The notes under the pieces are model-generated. The model was not told the DNA's origin and searched no databases. It saw only the letters and a program-made list of their open reading frames with translations. A stretch of DNA of 64,000 nt from Macrostomum hystrix (Eukaryota > Animalia > Platyhelminthes), in NCBI GenBank assembly GCA_950097015.1, contig CATNEN010000001.1, positions 13,020,001 through 13,084,000 on the forward strand, in the 5' to 3' direction. Positions 50,879 through 63,313 of the stretch are shown here, piece after piece. Within the stretch, counting starts at the first letter, position 1. The number at the start of each line of letters is the position of its first letter. The position numbers and the translations under genes are program-made.

Positions 50879-53607
50879 ATGAAGTTTATCGTCATTTTTC
50901 ATAAAGACAAGGAGATCGTTGAGGTTTCTGGCGAAGACATCTGCCTGAACCAGTTTGCATCGTTTAGCATCGACGAATGGCGACAGCTGAAGACTAAGGC
51001 TGTAGTGACTGCTTTCTACGACAATCAAGTGTGGCCATGTACAATCTTGCAGGTCAGTTTTTTACAATTGAAACATTTTCTTGCTATCTGAACTGCTAGT
51101 GATAATAAGATAAGCACATTGTATATAATATATAATAATCATAATGCAATATACTATAAGAAATATTTATAAATTTATAAATTAAGCCAAGGTAAATAAA
51201 CTATGCTATTTCTTTTCAAATTATTTTCCAAATAAGAAGTTTCTTTTATACTTTTTAGGAGGCCAAATTAGCTAAGCCATTACTAATTTTTAATTTCAGG
51301 TTGTTCCTTACGGAGTTGAAGCTTCGAGTGTTGTTGACTGGTTGCGAGCCTTCAGACGCAGGAAAAACTGCAAAATTGATACTCTTTTGCAACTCGTCTC
51401 CCGAGTGGCCGATTGTAACAAAAGGCAAAGGTTTATGCCAGTCGAGGTAAATATTTACTTTCTTATCTTTTAGTCAGCGTCCGTAGCATTATATTTGTGA
51501 AATTAAAAATGGAAATTTTGAAATGAACTCAGCATCGGCTCCGCGCATGCTCCTTTAACCAATTATTCTGCCATACTTATCTTCTCATGTAGTTAAGTAG
51601 CAGTAGCAGTAAAATGGTTTATAAGCTATATTGGAAAACGAGCTGTGCCTACCCGAACCAACGTTGCACCGTGAACGATCTAGGCCTTAAGCAAAATGAG
51701 TGTGCCTATATATGCTTATCTTGTTTTATCATTTTTCTTTCTTTTCTAGAATCTGCAGACTGAATCTGACGATCAAGTGGAAGATACTAACATCGATCAG
51801 CCAATCAGTGCTTCCGCCCAGCCCCTCGGTGGCGAATCGCCAACTATGGCTTCACTGTATACAGCTGGGCCCACATCAGAGCTCCTGTTACCGCCACTCC
51901 CACCATCTATGCTGGTTTCTGAATCGGCTTCAACTGTGTCAAAGTCTCCCCGGCCTGCAGGGCAGAGCTCGTGCCCTCAAGGCGATCGACTGACGGCTGA
52001 GCCACCTGGTGCTTCATCAGCCACATCACGACATCATTCGGGTGCATCACGGCAGGGATCGTTCCTTCGAAGCAATGAACTGACGACTGAGTCACCTGGG
52101 TCATCAGCCACACCACGACACCATTCTGGTGCCTCTGGAGTCGATTCTGGATTCTGGAGTCGTGCATCACGACAGGGTTCGGTTATCCAATGCAGGACAA
52201 CGAATCGAGAGCAACTGAGCGCGCTGCAATCATGTCCTGATTTTGCTGATTTAGCATCTTTGAATTTCGGTGCCAGCAGCCTCACCACCCTACGGTCTAA
52301 GATGGAGGATAAGCTGGGTGTTGATCTTAATTCGTCTGGAGGACTGTGCCTGCTTGGACTGTTCAACCTTCGTCGGACAAGCATGTGCATTGCTGCCGTA
52401 AACGAAGTCAAGGGGCTGCTCCAAGCTGGTTACATCGGCGGTGACTCCGGCGGCGGATCTGTGGCTTCCGCAGAATCTAATTTGCCTGTTGATTCCTGGG
52501 AGGATTACATTTGCTACGCTAATAATCCGGAATTGGCCAACGATCTGGTAAGTTTTTCGTGAATTCTGTGACTTCTTACTTCATAATTGCGGGCGTAGTT
52601 TTTTTGTATAGATGATGTATACATGCTTGCTTCTTGTATACACGTCTTGCAGTATGAATGCTTGCTGTATATCTTACAAGCTCGTATACTTTTCCGTTGC
52701 TGCTGCTCCAGTCACCGGAATGCAGCTTGAAATTAAGATTGTACTTTTACTTACGGGTAAGTAATTTTAGTTAATTGCATAAAGTACTCATTAATGACTA
52801 TTTGTACACTGGGTAGAATAGACGCTCTTGGCTAAAATATTTGTATTCGGTAAAATCGGACCTCATCTGCTTCATTAATCATGAATGAGTTACGTTCGAA
52901 ATAGTTTTTTCGGTAGGCAGGATGGTAAAGTAGAAAAAATGCATATAATTCCGAGGTTTGATTAATTGCCCTAATAAGAATTCAGCATGGCTCAACAGGA
53001 CCATCTGGGAATTCTCTGCTCGATTGTTGACGTACTTTGTCTCTATGCAGCATGACTCGTTTTATTTCTACAGAAACCACATCTTCGTCTGTGCAAGTCC
53101 GCTACAACACGCGACACAGTACGCAGAATGGTGCGAAAAATCCTGTCTGACAAAATGCTTGCCCGAGTGAACTACAATGGCAAGGGACTGCAGAAGCTGT
53201 CGGGCTCTTCTCTATCCGATGGGCAGTTGGCTTTTCGCGCCACGTTTCTTCCTATTATTAAACGTAAGCTTTTCGCTGTTATATATGCCGCTGCCTAGCT
53301 AGCAAGTACAGTTCTCGTCTTTTAATATAAAGCTTAAATAAAAATCTTTATAGAATCCGTCAGATCAATCTACGGCGCCAGCAAGCCCCAGCCAGCTGAG
53401 TGCGAGCCGGCCGAGAGCGAGGTGGAGAAGGCCGTGATCGCAACTCTGAAGGCTGGTAAGGACAACAGGAGATCTGGCGAGAAGCGGTCGAAACTTCCTG
53501 CTGCGAAAAGCCAGCTACGGGGCCCCAAGCGAAGTCGCGGTGCCGTCGCCTTCGTCAGCAGCGGCAGCAGCAGCAGCAGCGTGGGCAATGACAGCGACAG
53601 CAATTAA
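50879..53607 (+). CDS. Accessory DNA-binding protein (DUF4806/BEN-like C-terminus), 5 exons: 50879-51052, 51300-51446, 51750-52547, 53074-53263, 53354-53607 (~520 aa)
   Basis: All four GT-AG introns are phase-compatible (0, 0, 0, 1) and give an uninterrupted ORF. VRRMVRKILSDKMLARVNYNGKG...AF resembles DUF4806. It is homologous to 61105-62654. Confidence 0.85.
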
Positions 53608-55791
53608 GCGTACTATGATTAATGACTAGTGACCAGTGTTGAGTAAGTTACAGTTCCAAAGTCAAGTTAATTAATAAAATTATAATAGGCCAGAGCACTG
53701 AGTAATTCTTTTTTGCATGCTTATTATTTTCAGCGACAGAAAGACAGTCGATTTAGTAAGACAATTGAGCAGTGACGGAGTTAGTAAGGGGAGCAAAATG
53801 GCAACTGTTCAAGTTTAATGACATGTAAAATGCGCGAACCTTGTGCGAAACTTACATTACTGTCACTTTACGTTGTGATTATTTCTATATAACTAAACTT
53901 TGTCAACTGAATCTGTTAATAATCTGTCATTTCGATCATAAAAACGCCATTTTTATATAAATAAAATATTGTGCGCAACGCGCGTGCAACGTATTTGTAT
54001 CATTGTACGAGCTATCGCCAATTTAACAAGAAAACACAAATTCATTGTTTCACTTTCGTCTCATTATCTCTTTCTTGAAGAAATTCAAATGTATGCCCGA
54101 AAAGTATGCATAAAAGTGCACCCGCAATCGACTTCACAGGCGTTGGTTTGTGCCGGTTTAGCGTTGCATAACCGTCGCATGCCGCCGTTGTACTAACGTT
54201 TTTGCGCCGGACACTTGTAGCCGTTGGTCCGCCGTTTGTAGACAACGTTGTTCCAGCGGTGCCTTTTCCGATGGGTAAGAAGTGAATTACTTAATGCTAC
54301 TTTAGTAGACACCATGTTACTATTTAACCCATACATAATAAAACCAAATTACCTCTGTCTCCAAAGCGCACTCTAATTCTTCGCACTTCATCGAATTGGT
54401 TGAACATTCGCTCTGGGTAGTGCAATACCATTTCGTCGTCATGGATAGCATTTTTCTCCCGCTGGGAGCTTTGCGTCACGCGTAGCTCCTCGAAGCACTG
54501 CTGGCTAGAAACCGCATCCTTGTACCACTGGGTAATGACGGAGACATCGGCAGAGTCTTCTGGCCAATGCTGAATTTCCGCTTTTGAACATCCGAGGCTG
54601 ATTGTCAGTCAGTTCTTCACTGACTGATTTAAATAAGTTTCCCTAGAAATAGTTCGCTAACCTAAAAATCAATGGGGAATATATATTCCACATCCTTTCC
54701 ATTTTATTTTTAACAATTGCAACAAGCAAACTTACATTTTCATTTCACAGTCCGAAATCTCTTTTATCTTCTTATAGCTCGGTGCACGTCGAGTGACGGT
54801 CTTGATGGTCCTCACAATGGCACCACTTTGGTCAATTGAAACTGTTAGCTCGTGCTCATTGTCCGTAGGACCTGGGATCCGCCTTTTTCACCCAGCCGCC
54901 GGATATGCAGACGGCGACGCCCTCACGGCACACGTCTAGCCTCAAGCCTTAAGATCTTTCCGAATACGCTTACACGAATATCGCCGGTTTCGTCCCAGAG
55001 GATAAAGGAGAACACTTGGCCTGGTCCTCTTTTGCCTTCAAAGTCCATGATTTTGGACAGCCTCATTACCAGGCCAACGATCGCAGCGTGCATCAGGCCC
55101 GGAAGCAGAGCAGAGATACAAACTTTGCTTTTCTTGGCTCCTTCGCATGACTCCATATTGCTCGATTGTTGATTGCCAAAAATATAGAACTTTATTATCA
55201 TTATTATAGATCTAAAATAAATAAAAAATTCTCTAATCAAAAGTGAACACACACAAGCAAGCAAGCAAGCAAGATTTTCATTTTTAGTATAGTAGAAAGC
55301 TGTTTGTAAAATTGCTGGACGTAGTGGGCTATATAGCTTTGTTATGCAGAATCCTCCGAGAAATGATAAATACACGTTTTCTGTATAATCATATGGCCAA
55401 TTCGATCAATCAAAGTCGACCTACAGCTGCGTTAGACGAACGAAACACGAAGAGAGACAAAAATTTGTAGAACAAATTCGTGAAGTCGGAGCTACGGAGA
55501 CCTACCGAAAAAATATGTGCTCAGACTATAATTTTTCTTAATTCTTATTAACGTGAAAACCTGGGGACGGCTCAATGCGAGCGCCGGAAATCCTAGGGTT
55601 GCGGATTCCAAGTTGGAAGGGGATCAGGCCTTACTCTCCCAGTGTCACCCGCCATAGTGCTGGTTCGTAGTTGGTTTGTGGAGAATTGTGATGCCCAGGT
55701 CTAAAGTAAAAAAGGGTGCGCTTGAGTAGCTAAACTGACTAAAAACCGACCAGTTTAGCTAGTTTAGAAAGTTGATTATAACAAATGATAA

Positions 55792-56135
55792 TGATGTGCT
55801 GTAGACTGCTGAGCAGCCTCCAGACAATCCGTGAGTCAGGCTGTCCTAGGTCTGTGGGAGGGCTGGGGTGTAGGTAGTTTGTGGTTCCCGTGCACATTCA
55901 CCTCCGCTCGCCACCCCCCTTCTCTTTCTCTCTCTCGTTCCAGTTGTCTGCGCACAGAGTCACATTGCACGCCATGGTGCAATCGCTTCGGTTCGGAAGA
56001 AGACTGGCAGAATATCGCTCAAATGCTCCTACTATAAGTAGAGCACAGTCTGACGAATACGCTGGGTTGTGTTAGCATTATGGTAGCACAACTTCTCTAC
56101 TTTGGTGGCACTGTGTGTACTGATTTTCTTCATGC
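55792..56135 (+). mobile_element. Truncated, more diverged copy of solo LTR family A
   Basis: tgatgtgctgtagactgctgagcagcc... matches 60217 onward. Homology stops at ~56135. Confidence 0.8.
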
Positions 56136-56309
56136 TTTGCCGGATCCTTGCGAATTAGAGGACCTTACAGTCCAGTGAGCGGAAAAATCCAGATAGAACC
56201 GTATCCACGCCAGAGTATCACATTTCTGGTACGGTTTTAGGGGCCGCTCAGTTAGCACTCTTACCTCTCTAAGGGGTAACCTTCTATACCCTAACCCTAG
56301 GTTAGGCTA

Positions 56310-56850
56310 GTTTCTCTCCTCTCCTTGCCTCCTCTCTAAGTGGAAGCGCCTTTTTTTCCTTCTCCCCTTGCCTCCTCTCTAAGAGGAGGGCCTTCTCCCT
56401 TTCTCCCCCTCCTGCTCCTCCTCCTCTCCCCTTCCTCTCCTCCTCCCCCTGCTACCCTCTCTAAGAGGCTAGCCCCTGTCCCTCTCCTCTGCCCGTCCTC
56501 TGCTCCCTGCTACCATCTTTAGAGGTTAGCCCCTGTTCCTGTCCCTGTCCCTGCCCTGTTTTCCGTGCCCCTGCTCCCGTCCTCTTGCTTCTCTCTTGCT
56601 TCTTTACTTATTTGTGCATTATTTATATTACTTTTAGTTTTACTTTTATTACAGTTTTAATTGCTGTTTTACTGAAGTTTTACTTTATTTATACTGTTTT
56701 ACTTAATTTAATTTACAGTTTTACAATTTATTTGCTCTAATTTTTTTTAATTTAATTTGTATTGCTTTATACTACTTTAATAATCATATTTGCATTATAT
56801 TACTTTTATTGAATTGCACTTTTAATTGAATTTAACTGCATTTATACCTG
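56310..56850. repeat. Low-complexity CT-rich then AT-rich tracts
   Basis: cctcctctctaag repeats are followed by tttattta-type sequence. Confidence 0.7.
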
Positions 56851-57646
56851 TGCAGAGAGTCAGGGACAGAGCAACTGGTACTGCAGAATCAACGAGGCAC
56901 CCAGTGTCCATGATGTCAGCATTATGCCGTAATTATGTTGACGCGTCAGCATATTTTTGACAAGCAAAAATAATTCCAAACGTATGTTGCATTGATATCT
57001 GTTTGATATTCATTGAAGGTGCTTTCAGTTTCGCTAGCAATTCTTTCTTTTTTAGGCGCAGCATCAAACTAGAAAAAATTTGGCCTGTGCATGCCACAGC
57101 ACAATTAAGGCATTTTGTGCTAAACATATGACTGAGAAATTTAGAAGGAAAAATATTTTATGCGGTTCCTGAATAGTCCCAAATTTATTATAGTCTTCAA
57201 ATATACCCATGGACAAATTTTACTGTCCACATAATTTTCGCATATATACAGCATGCAAATGCTGTCATTTCGTCGATTTGGTATAATTTGAATTGTACAT
57301 TGTTATTATATATACTAAATGGACTAAACATAGTAGTCATACAAGTAATATTTAGATGGTTTATCTCAAGCTATGTTATCTTTTGGCCATAATAGTTATA
57401 CATGTTTTTTATTTTTTGTTCTAATACTAAATATTTTACAATATTGAACAAAACTATAGCACATTTTTAATTGATGCTTTTTACGCTATTCGTCTTAGAC
57501 CTAACTTCTGTCTTTCTTATATATGTATGCCCAAAAAAGACCTTTTCTAACAACGCATTTGTATATTAGTTTCTAGCAATAGTAGTGGGTGCAGTCTGGC
57601 AGTTTTCTAATTAGCTAAGGCTGTATATATGACGTTATATACGTTA

Positions 57647-57769
57647 GGCTTACGTTAAGTAATTTTCATGCTAGAATTATTCCGGAATAGTAGCCAGACA
57701 TACATGCTGGAATTATTCTGGCTTTAAATTCCGGAATAATTCCAGCATGAAAATTACTTAACGTAAGCT
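57647..57769. mobile_element. Short palindromic MITE-like element (~45-bp arms)
   Basis: ggcttacgttaagtaattttcatgctagaattattccggaat ... attccggaataattccagcatgaaaattacttaacgtaagct, with TA flanks. Confidence 0.7.
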
Positions 57770-57870
57770 TACTTACGTTAAGTAAGCCTAACTAGGCTCT
57801 AGCCTCTATATAGGCATAGGCCTATGTGAATTTTGTGAAATATTGTACTTGTAAGATTTTATATATTATA

Positions 57871-58515
57871 GGGTAATGTATCATCAACCAAACAGTGTAT
57901 CTTCAAAACCGAACAAGAATTTTGACTTCTTCCTTGGTCTCATGCAAGACAGATACAAGCTATTGTGTTTCACAAAACAACTAATTTGAAAGTTAAAGAA
58001 ATTATCTACAAGCTGAGGCATGATGTGCAATGAAGCATTAAGAGGAAAGAAAGATATTGATGTTTCAGTAGAATTTTTTATTGCAAAAGCATACTTTTTA
58101 ACAACATTTTTTCAGTATGTACTTTAGACAAAGATTGTATGTGGTTCGTGGTTGCTTGCCAATTAAATGACCATAAATGTAGTTATTTATAGAGCATGAA
58201 AAATGCTTTCAAATTACATAATTCATGATAGTTCACTCCTTAAACTAAGATTAAACCACTCACTCAAATTTTAAAACCAAACATCAAATTCTCTGTTTGG
58301 TTTGAAGATACATGAAAATCATTGTTCGGTTTTAGATAAAGAGCAGGAATAACTTTTTTCTATTTAATAAAATAGCAAAAGCAGTTACTTTTTAGAAAGA
58401 TATAGCTGTTTTCTATAACTTGGCTTTTAGTTTATCATATCTCAAATAGAAAATCAGTAGCTTAGGTTTGAAGTTAAAAAATACACATTCTTGTTTGGTT
58501 GATGATACATTACCC
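57871..58515. mobile_element. MITE, 645 bp, perfect 24-bp TIR, TA flanks (Tc1/pogo-like)
   Basis: gggtaatgtatcatcaaccaaaca ... tgtttggttgatgatacattaccc, with internal TIR-like repeats. Confidence 0.85.
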
Positions 58516-59173
58516 TATGCACCAGTTTTTAGTTGCTTTGTTGTATATATTGCTGTTAAAATATGATATGATATAATACTATTCCTTGTAGTTTATATTG
58601 CAAATAGCAAACAATTACATATATGGTTGTCAAAAAAGGTATAAAACTAACGTTAAGTTTTGAACAAATCAATGAAACAAATTATGTTGAAATCTGACAA
58701 TAGGGGCCTAGGCTTTTTCCATCATAACTATTTTAGTACCTATCTAATTATTCATTGTAATTATAGGTTATAGACATAGCTATAATATATTGTATAAGCC
58801 ATAAAACTGGTTTAAACTTTTATATTTATAATTTAGGCCTAATGAATAGGCCCTTAATTTACTCTGTATATATATAAAGCCAAGGTTTTTTAAGGTTAGA
58901 AATCCAATTGTCAGCTGGCCCTTAAGGTTCAAAATCCAGTTGCCAATGGCTATTTTTGGTTGGCCACTGGCAACTAGCCACATTCTTGAGGATAGATATT
59001 TCTAAGGCTTATCAAAACATGTTTGCACTGTATGAATATGTGAATAAGACTGTTTGGGACTTGTTATTGAATTAACATTTAAATTGTCAATTTTTGCAAT
59101 TTTGTATTTGCTACAACTTAAATTCATATGGCATTTTTATTATACTTGCAAAATCTTTTTCTGAAAGTGGCAA

Positions 59174-59653
59174 CCTGGGTTTTTTTAGGCCATATTGTAG
59201 CCACTGGCTACCCAAAAAAACCATTGGCAACTGGATTTGTGGCATCAGAGGCCAATCTAGCAACCAACTTGAACTAAGGCAGTTGCCTATGATACAACAG
59301 TCTCACATTTTATTACTGCTAAGATTGGCTTGGCTGAAAAACTTAAGCCTGAGCTGATTCAAGCATATTATTTTTTTGTCAATGTGTGAAAATTGTTGCT
59401 AAAGCAACTTTATAAAGTTGTTTTGTTGTATTGTGATTTGCATATGATTTTGAACTGGGACACTGAAATAGGTCAGTTGCCAGTTGACAACTGAGGATGG
59501 CCATTGGCAACTAGATTTCGGACAAAAAACCTAGGTGGCAACTGGCACAAGAAAATGAAGTTGCTAGATTGGCCTCTGATGCCAAAAATCCAATTGCCAA
59601 TGAGATTTTTAGGGGTCAAAAAACCCTATATGGCCCAAAAAATTAAACCTAGG
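59174..59653. mobile_element. Foldback/MITE-like element with ~95-bp imperfect inverted repeats
   Basis: cattggcaactggatttgtggcatcagaggccaatctagcaac (~59222) is inverted at ~59560-59602. A related block occurs at ~58900-58980. Confidence 0.65.
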
Positions 59654-60216
59654 CATTACATCCTAATATTCTTATTATTAAATTACTAGTTTAGCTATAA
59701 AGTGCCAATTTATTATCATTTAGTAGGATTTATTTGGTCACCAAAAAAATTATAAATATAATATAATAGTATATAAAGGCAAACTCTATGAGCAAAAAAT
59801 TTGAATTAATAACCATTTATTTAGCTATATTAAATGTGATAAGTGTGATACATATATTTTTTCTATCATAGTTTCTTATTTTTACTAAAGTTTTTTGGAG
59901 CCACTTTATTATGGCTTTTAAAATTCTACTTGTTTATTTTTTATATTAATACTATCATGATTAAATATGTCTAAATATGATATATTGAAATGTCATTAAG
60001 TATAGCAAAAGCAGTAAATATGCAGTGTAGTATATAATAATGTGCATTATAAAATTTTAATATATTGCAAGTATAGCATGTGGTTAAAGAGAGACATTAT
60101 TTTCATATATCAACAAAAAGCAGTCAATTTTATTAGTTTACTGTGGATAAGACTAGGAACAGCATTATCTACAAGTACATAATACTATACCAATTGGGAA
60201 GATATTCTATAATATA

Positions 60217-60840
60217 TGATGTGCTGTAGACTGCTGAGCAGCCTCCAGGCAATCGGAGAGTCAGGCTGTTCTAGGTCTGTGGGAGGGCTAGGGTTGGTAG
60301 TTAGTGTTTCCCGTGCACTGTCACCTCCGCTCGCCACCCCCTCCGCTCTTCTCTCTCTCTTTCCAGCTCTGTCTGCGCACTGAGTCACATTGCACACAAT
60401 GGTGCAATCGCTTAAGTTCGGAGGAAGACTGGCAGAACAACGCTCAAATGCTCCTACTATAAGTAGAGCACAGTCCGACGAATCCTTGAGATGGTGGTGG
60501 TGTCATGGTAGCACTACTTCTTTACTTTCTTGTCTCCAGTCTTCATGCTTCTTGAGCCCTCGGGGTCTCAAACATCTGCTAATTTATTGCGAAGCTAAGA
60601 CCGTATACTGCGTTTAGAAGCAGAGTGTACCGTCTGTTTCAGTGCAGAGTGCTAAGACTTAGGAATCATAGATTGATTCAATCACAGACCGAGGAAACTT
60701 AGCAATTGAAGCCTGACTACCGGATTGTTCCTCTGCTAGGAACCATCTGCGTGTGAGGCCGGTAAAATCTCCTCTCTGAATCCAGTGTCCTGTCTTGGTC
60801 ATTTACCAATTGTGTGTGCCACGCTACCACAGGTACAACA
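60217..60840 (+). mobile_element. Solo LTR (family A), 624 bp
   Basis: TG...CA termini. 4-bp TSD TATA at 60213-16 and 60841-44. Confidence 0.85.
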
Positions 60841-61104
60841 TATATAATATTAAGAATTGAGTAGTATTAAGGATTTTCTTCCTTAATAGTCAGTTTATGT
60901 AAGATTCTAAGACAAGGAAATACAGGGATTGGAGAAGAATAATAGATATAGATTAGAAAAGCAGATATAAAAGATAAAACTATATAAGTGGTTGAAAGGG
61001 GAGAAGACTATGGGAATTAAAGAAAGAAAAGTTTGTAAGTGGGAGTCAAAAGCCAAATAAACATGTTATCTAAAGTCCAATTTATGCATTATTTCTTATT
61101 TCAG

Positions 61105-62654
61105 ATGATCATTCAATTTGAACAATGCAAATTCGTACTGGTGTTTTTCATAAGTGATAAAACTTTTGAAATTGTTTCAAGAGATGCATGTATTGATTGG
61201 AATGAAACGAAGTACAAATCCCTAAAGGTGAATCCATCTCGGAAGACAATCGTGACGGCCACGTCTGATGGAGTTGAACAGTCTGCAATCATTTTCCAGT
61301 GTGGAAATGACTATCAATCATTAAAGACTTGTCGGGATCATCTAGCTCAGCATAAGACTTATAAAAATGGCCAATTGAACGCATGTTGCATGAAATTGAA
61401 TACATCGAAAGATTTCCTGATCCAAATAAGCGTTTTTGACACCAGCCTTTGGACCATTTCATCACTGATGGCGCTGAAACTGATGGCGATCCTGAAGTTT
61501 GCATGAGCCAGGCTTTTCAATTGTCACACCAGGAATGCCCATCAACACCTACTCCAGACCCCGAGCTGGAACATCTTTTGCCACCTTTGCCATGCAAAGC
61601 TTTGCTGGAAGAAGTACCTGATTATGTTTCTCTAGGTGCACGCAGCTTACTACAATCCAATCATCCGGCTATCCAAAAAACGTCTGGTTGTGCTCAGCGC
61701 AGTCCACATCTTATGCCATCGTCATCTAGGAGCCATTTGCAAGAATTGACAAACAGTCCAACTATACCATCTAGTCCAATGCCAGAATCGTTCTTATTCA
61801 ATCTTGGCAATGTGTACAGGATGGCTAGGCGACATGGAGTTCAGCCGAATGAAAATGATCCAGCGACATTTCTCTCTGCTATTACATTAAAAAAGTTAAC
61901 GACTTTAGAGAGCACTGTGAATTTTCAATTTCAGCAACTAAATGCTCGCATTTCCCGACTTGAGCAGTCAAGTGCAGCTGCTTTTTCCATGGAGGAGACA
62001 GTAGAGTTGGAACGTATATCCACAGAAGAGCAATTAAACCTGTTTCTGAATAATCTTCAAGACAAACAATTTGCTTCGCAAATCGAGCAGTCAAGTGCAG
62101 CTGCTTTTTCCATGGAGGAGACAGTAGAGTTGGAACGTATATCCACAGAAGAGCAATTAAACCTGTTTCTGAATAATCTTCAAGACAAACAATTTGCTTC
62201 GCAAATCAAGACACATTTGGTTCGGCATGGTGGAAAGTGTGGAGCAGATTCGGTTCGTCGAATGTTAAAAGCACTTTTTTCATCTTCGTTTCTCTCTCGC
62301 TTTAATCGCAATGGACTAAATGGCAAACTCAAGTTCAAAGGAGTACTTGAGGACTTCATTAAAGACTGTGCTATTGCTGCTGACGACACGCTTGACCATC
62401 AGATCATTGAGAAAACCATAGCTTCCTGCATTAAGGTTGCTCTCAATGAATGCCGTAGCCTCTCAGGTGCATGTGCAGATGGAGGAACAGATTTTGGTAG
62501 AAGCGACCAAGACCGAGAGAAAACACGAAGACCAAGATCAAGAGACCAAGAGACTAGAAGACGAAGACCAAGATCAAGAGACCAGAGCCAAGAGCCAAGA
62601 GACAAGACACACAGATCTGTGCGGTACATTTCGCCGATCTCTGATGTGGATTAA
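61105..62654 (+). pseudogene. Intronless DUF4806-like accessory gene of the second CMC element (frameshift ~61368, TGA ~61437)
   Basis: The N-terminus KFVLVFFISDKTFEIVS parallels MKFIVIFHKDKEIVEVS. The C-terminus has GG....SVRRMLKALF.......FN.NG..GK.KF. Confidence 0.75.
61962..62207 (+). repeat. Exact 123-bp in-frame tandem duplication
   Basis: 61962-62084 equals 62085-62207 (41 aa, EQSSAAAF...FASQI, twice). Confidence 0.95.
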
Positions 62655-62740
62655 CTATCAATAGAATTTTATAGTAATCTAAGATAGTTTTCAAGGCCTT
62701 ATTATTTATCATTCAAATTCATCTTTCTAGTAGTGCGTAT

Positions 62741-62937
62741 GGGGCGCTATCACAAACCCTAAAAATCACATTCCCTAAAAGCAGTCTAAATCATAAACCC
62801 TAAATATCATAACCCCTAAAAATCGCATTCTCTGAAATCTGACAGGACACATCACAAATTTTTTTATCACCTTTTAGTAGTAGCCCTTATCTTTTGGAAT
62901 TTAGAGAATGTGATTTTTAGGGTTTGTGATGCCCCCC
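62741..62937. mobile_element. MITE, ~200 bp, ~35-bp TIRs with GG termini
   Basis: atcacaaaccctaaaaatcacattc ... gaatgtgatttttagggtttgtgat. Possible degenerate 8-bp TSD gtgcgtat/gtgcataa. Confidence 0.7.
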
Positions 62938-63313
62938 GTGCATAAACACCGCGCTTTAGCTTCATGCAAAATGCAAAATGAGCACCCTAATTTTTGTGTG
63001 GTCTAGACTCAACCTTTTATTTCATTTTGCTGTTTGTCTTAGATATCATTTACACTTGAAGTCAAAATTTGCTGCTTTAGTTATATTTAGCTATTGCTGA
63101 CTTAGATTAAAACTGGACACATTGTACGTTGTAATTTAATATTTTGCTATGGTTTATAGCACCCCCAATATTTGCACAAACTTTATCTTCACGTACCATT
63201 TAAAAAACTATGGAATATGGGACTACTTAGTTGTGAATATGCCGATAGTTTTGGATTTACCTCTGTTGTCTGTTGTCTATCTCTTACAGGCTGGACGAAG
63301 GCATGTATTGCGC

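Larger units (their letters stand above)
47356..54275 (+). mobile_element. CMC/EnSpm (CACTA-like) DNA transposon, complete, 6920 bp
   Basis: Imperfect TIRs CCCAGTGGGAAAGGCGACGTTG and CCCATCGGAAAAGGCACCGCTG. 2-bp TA flanks at 47354-55 and 54276-77. CGTTG subterminal repeats at both ends. It encodes a transposase and a second gene. Confidence 0.85.
47100..55157 (-). pseudogene. RPA70-like OB-fold ssDNA-binding protein, spliced and frameshifted (exons ~55157-54737, ~54642-54353, ~47222-47100)
   Basis: CISALLPG....IVGLV...SKI..F...RGPGQVFSFILWDETGDIRVSVF matches RPA1 DBD-A (GKLFS..L.DESGEIRATAF). It is followed by V.ISGG.VKKAD...N.HELT and later ...ITQWY. GT-AG borders are present, and AATAAA follows the last exon. 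Confidence 0.75.
45261..55296 (-). mobile_element. Helitron (non-autonomous, ~3.1 kb net) carrying an RPA70-like gene and a nested CMC/EnSpm transposon
   Basis: 5' TCtactatactaaaaatgaaaatcttgcttgc at 55296. 3' hairpin plus caaaacttgCTAG ends at 45261 and is preceded by the same 18-bp minisatellite and subterminal sequence as unit B. Confidence 0.75.

Noticed and set aside
53634-53660. hAT-like TIR CAGTGTTGAGTAAGTTAC
   Set aside because: No partner TIR or TSD was found.
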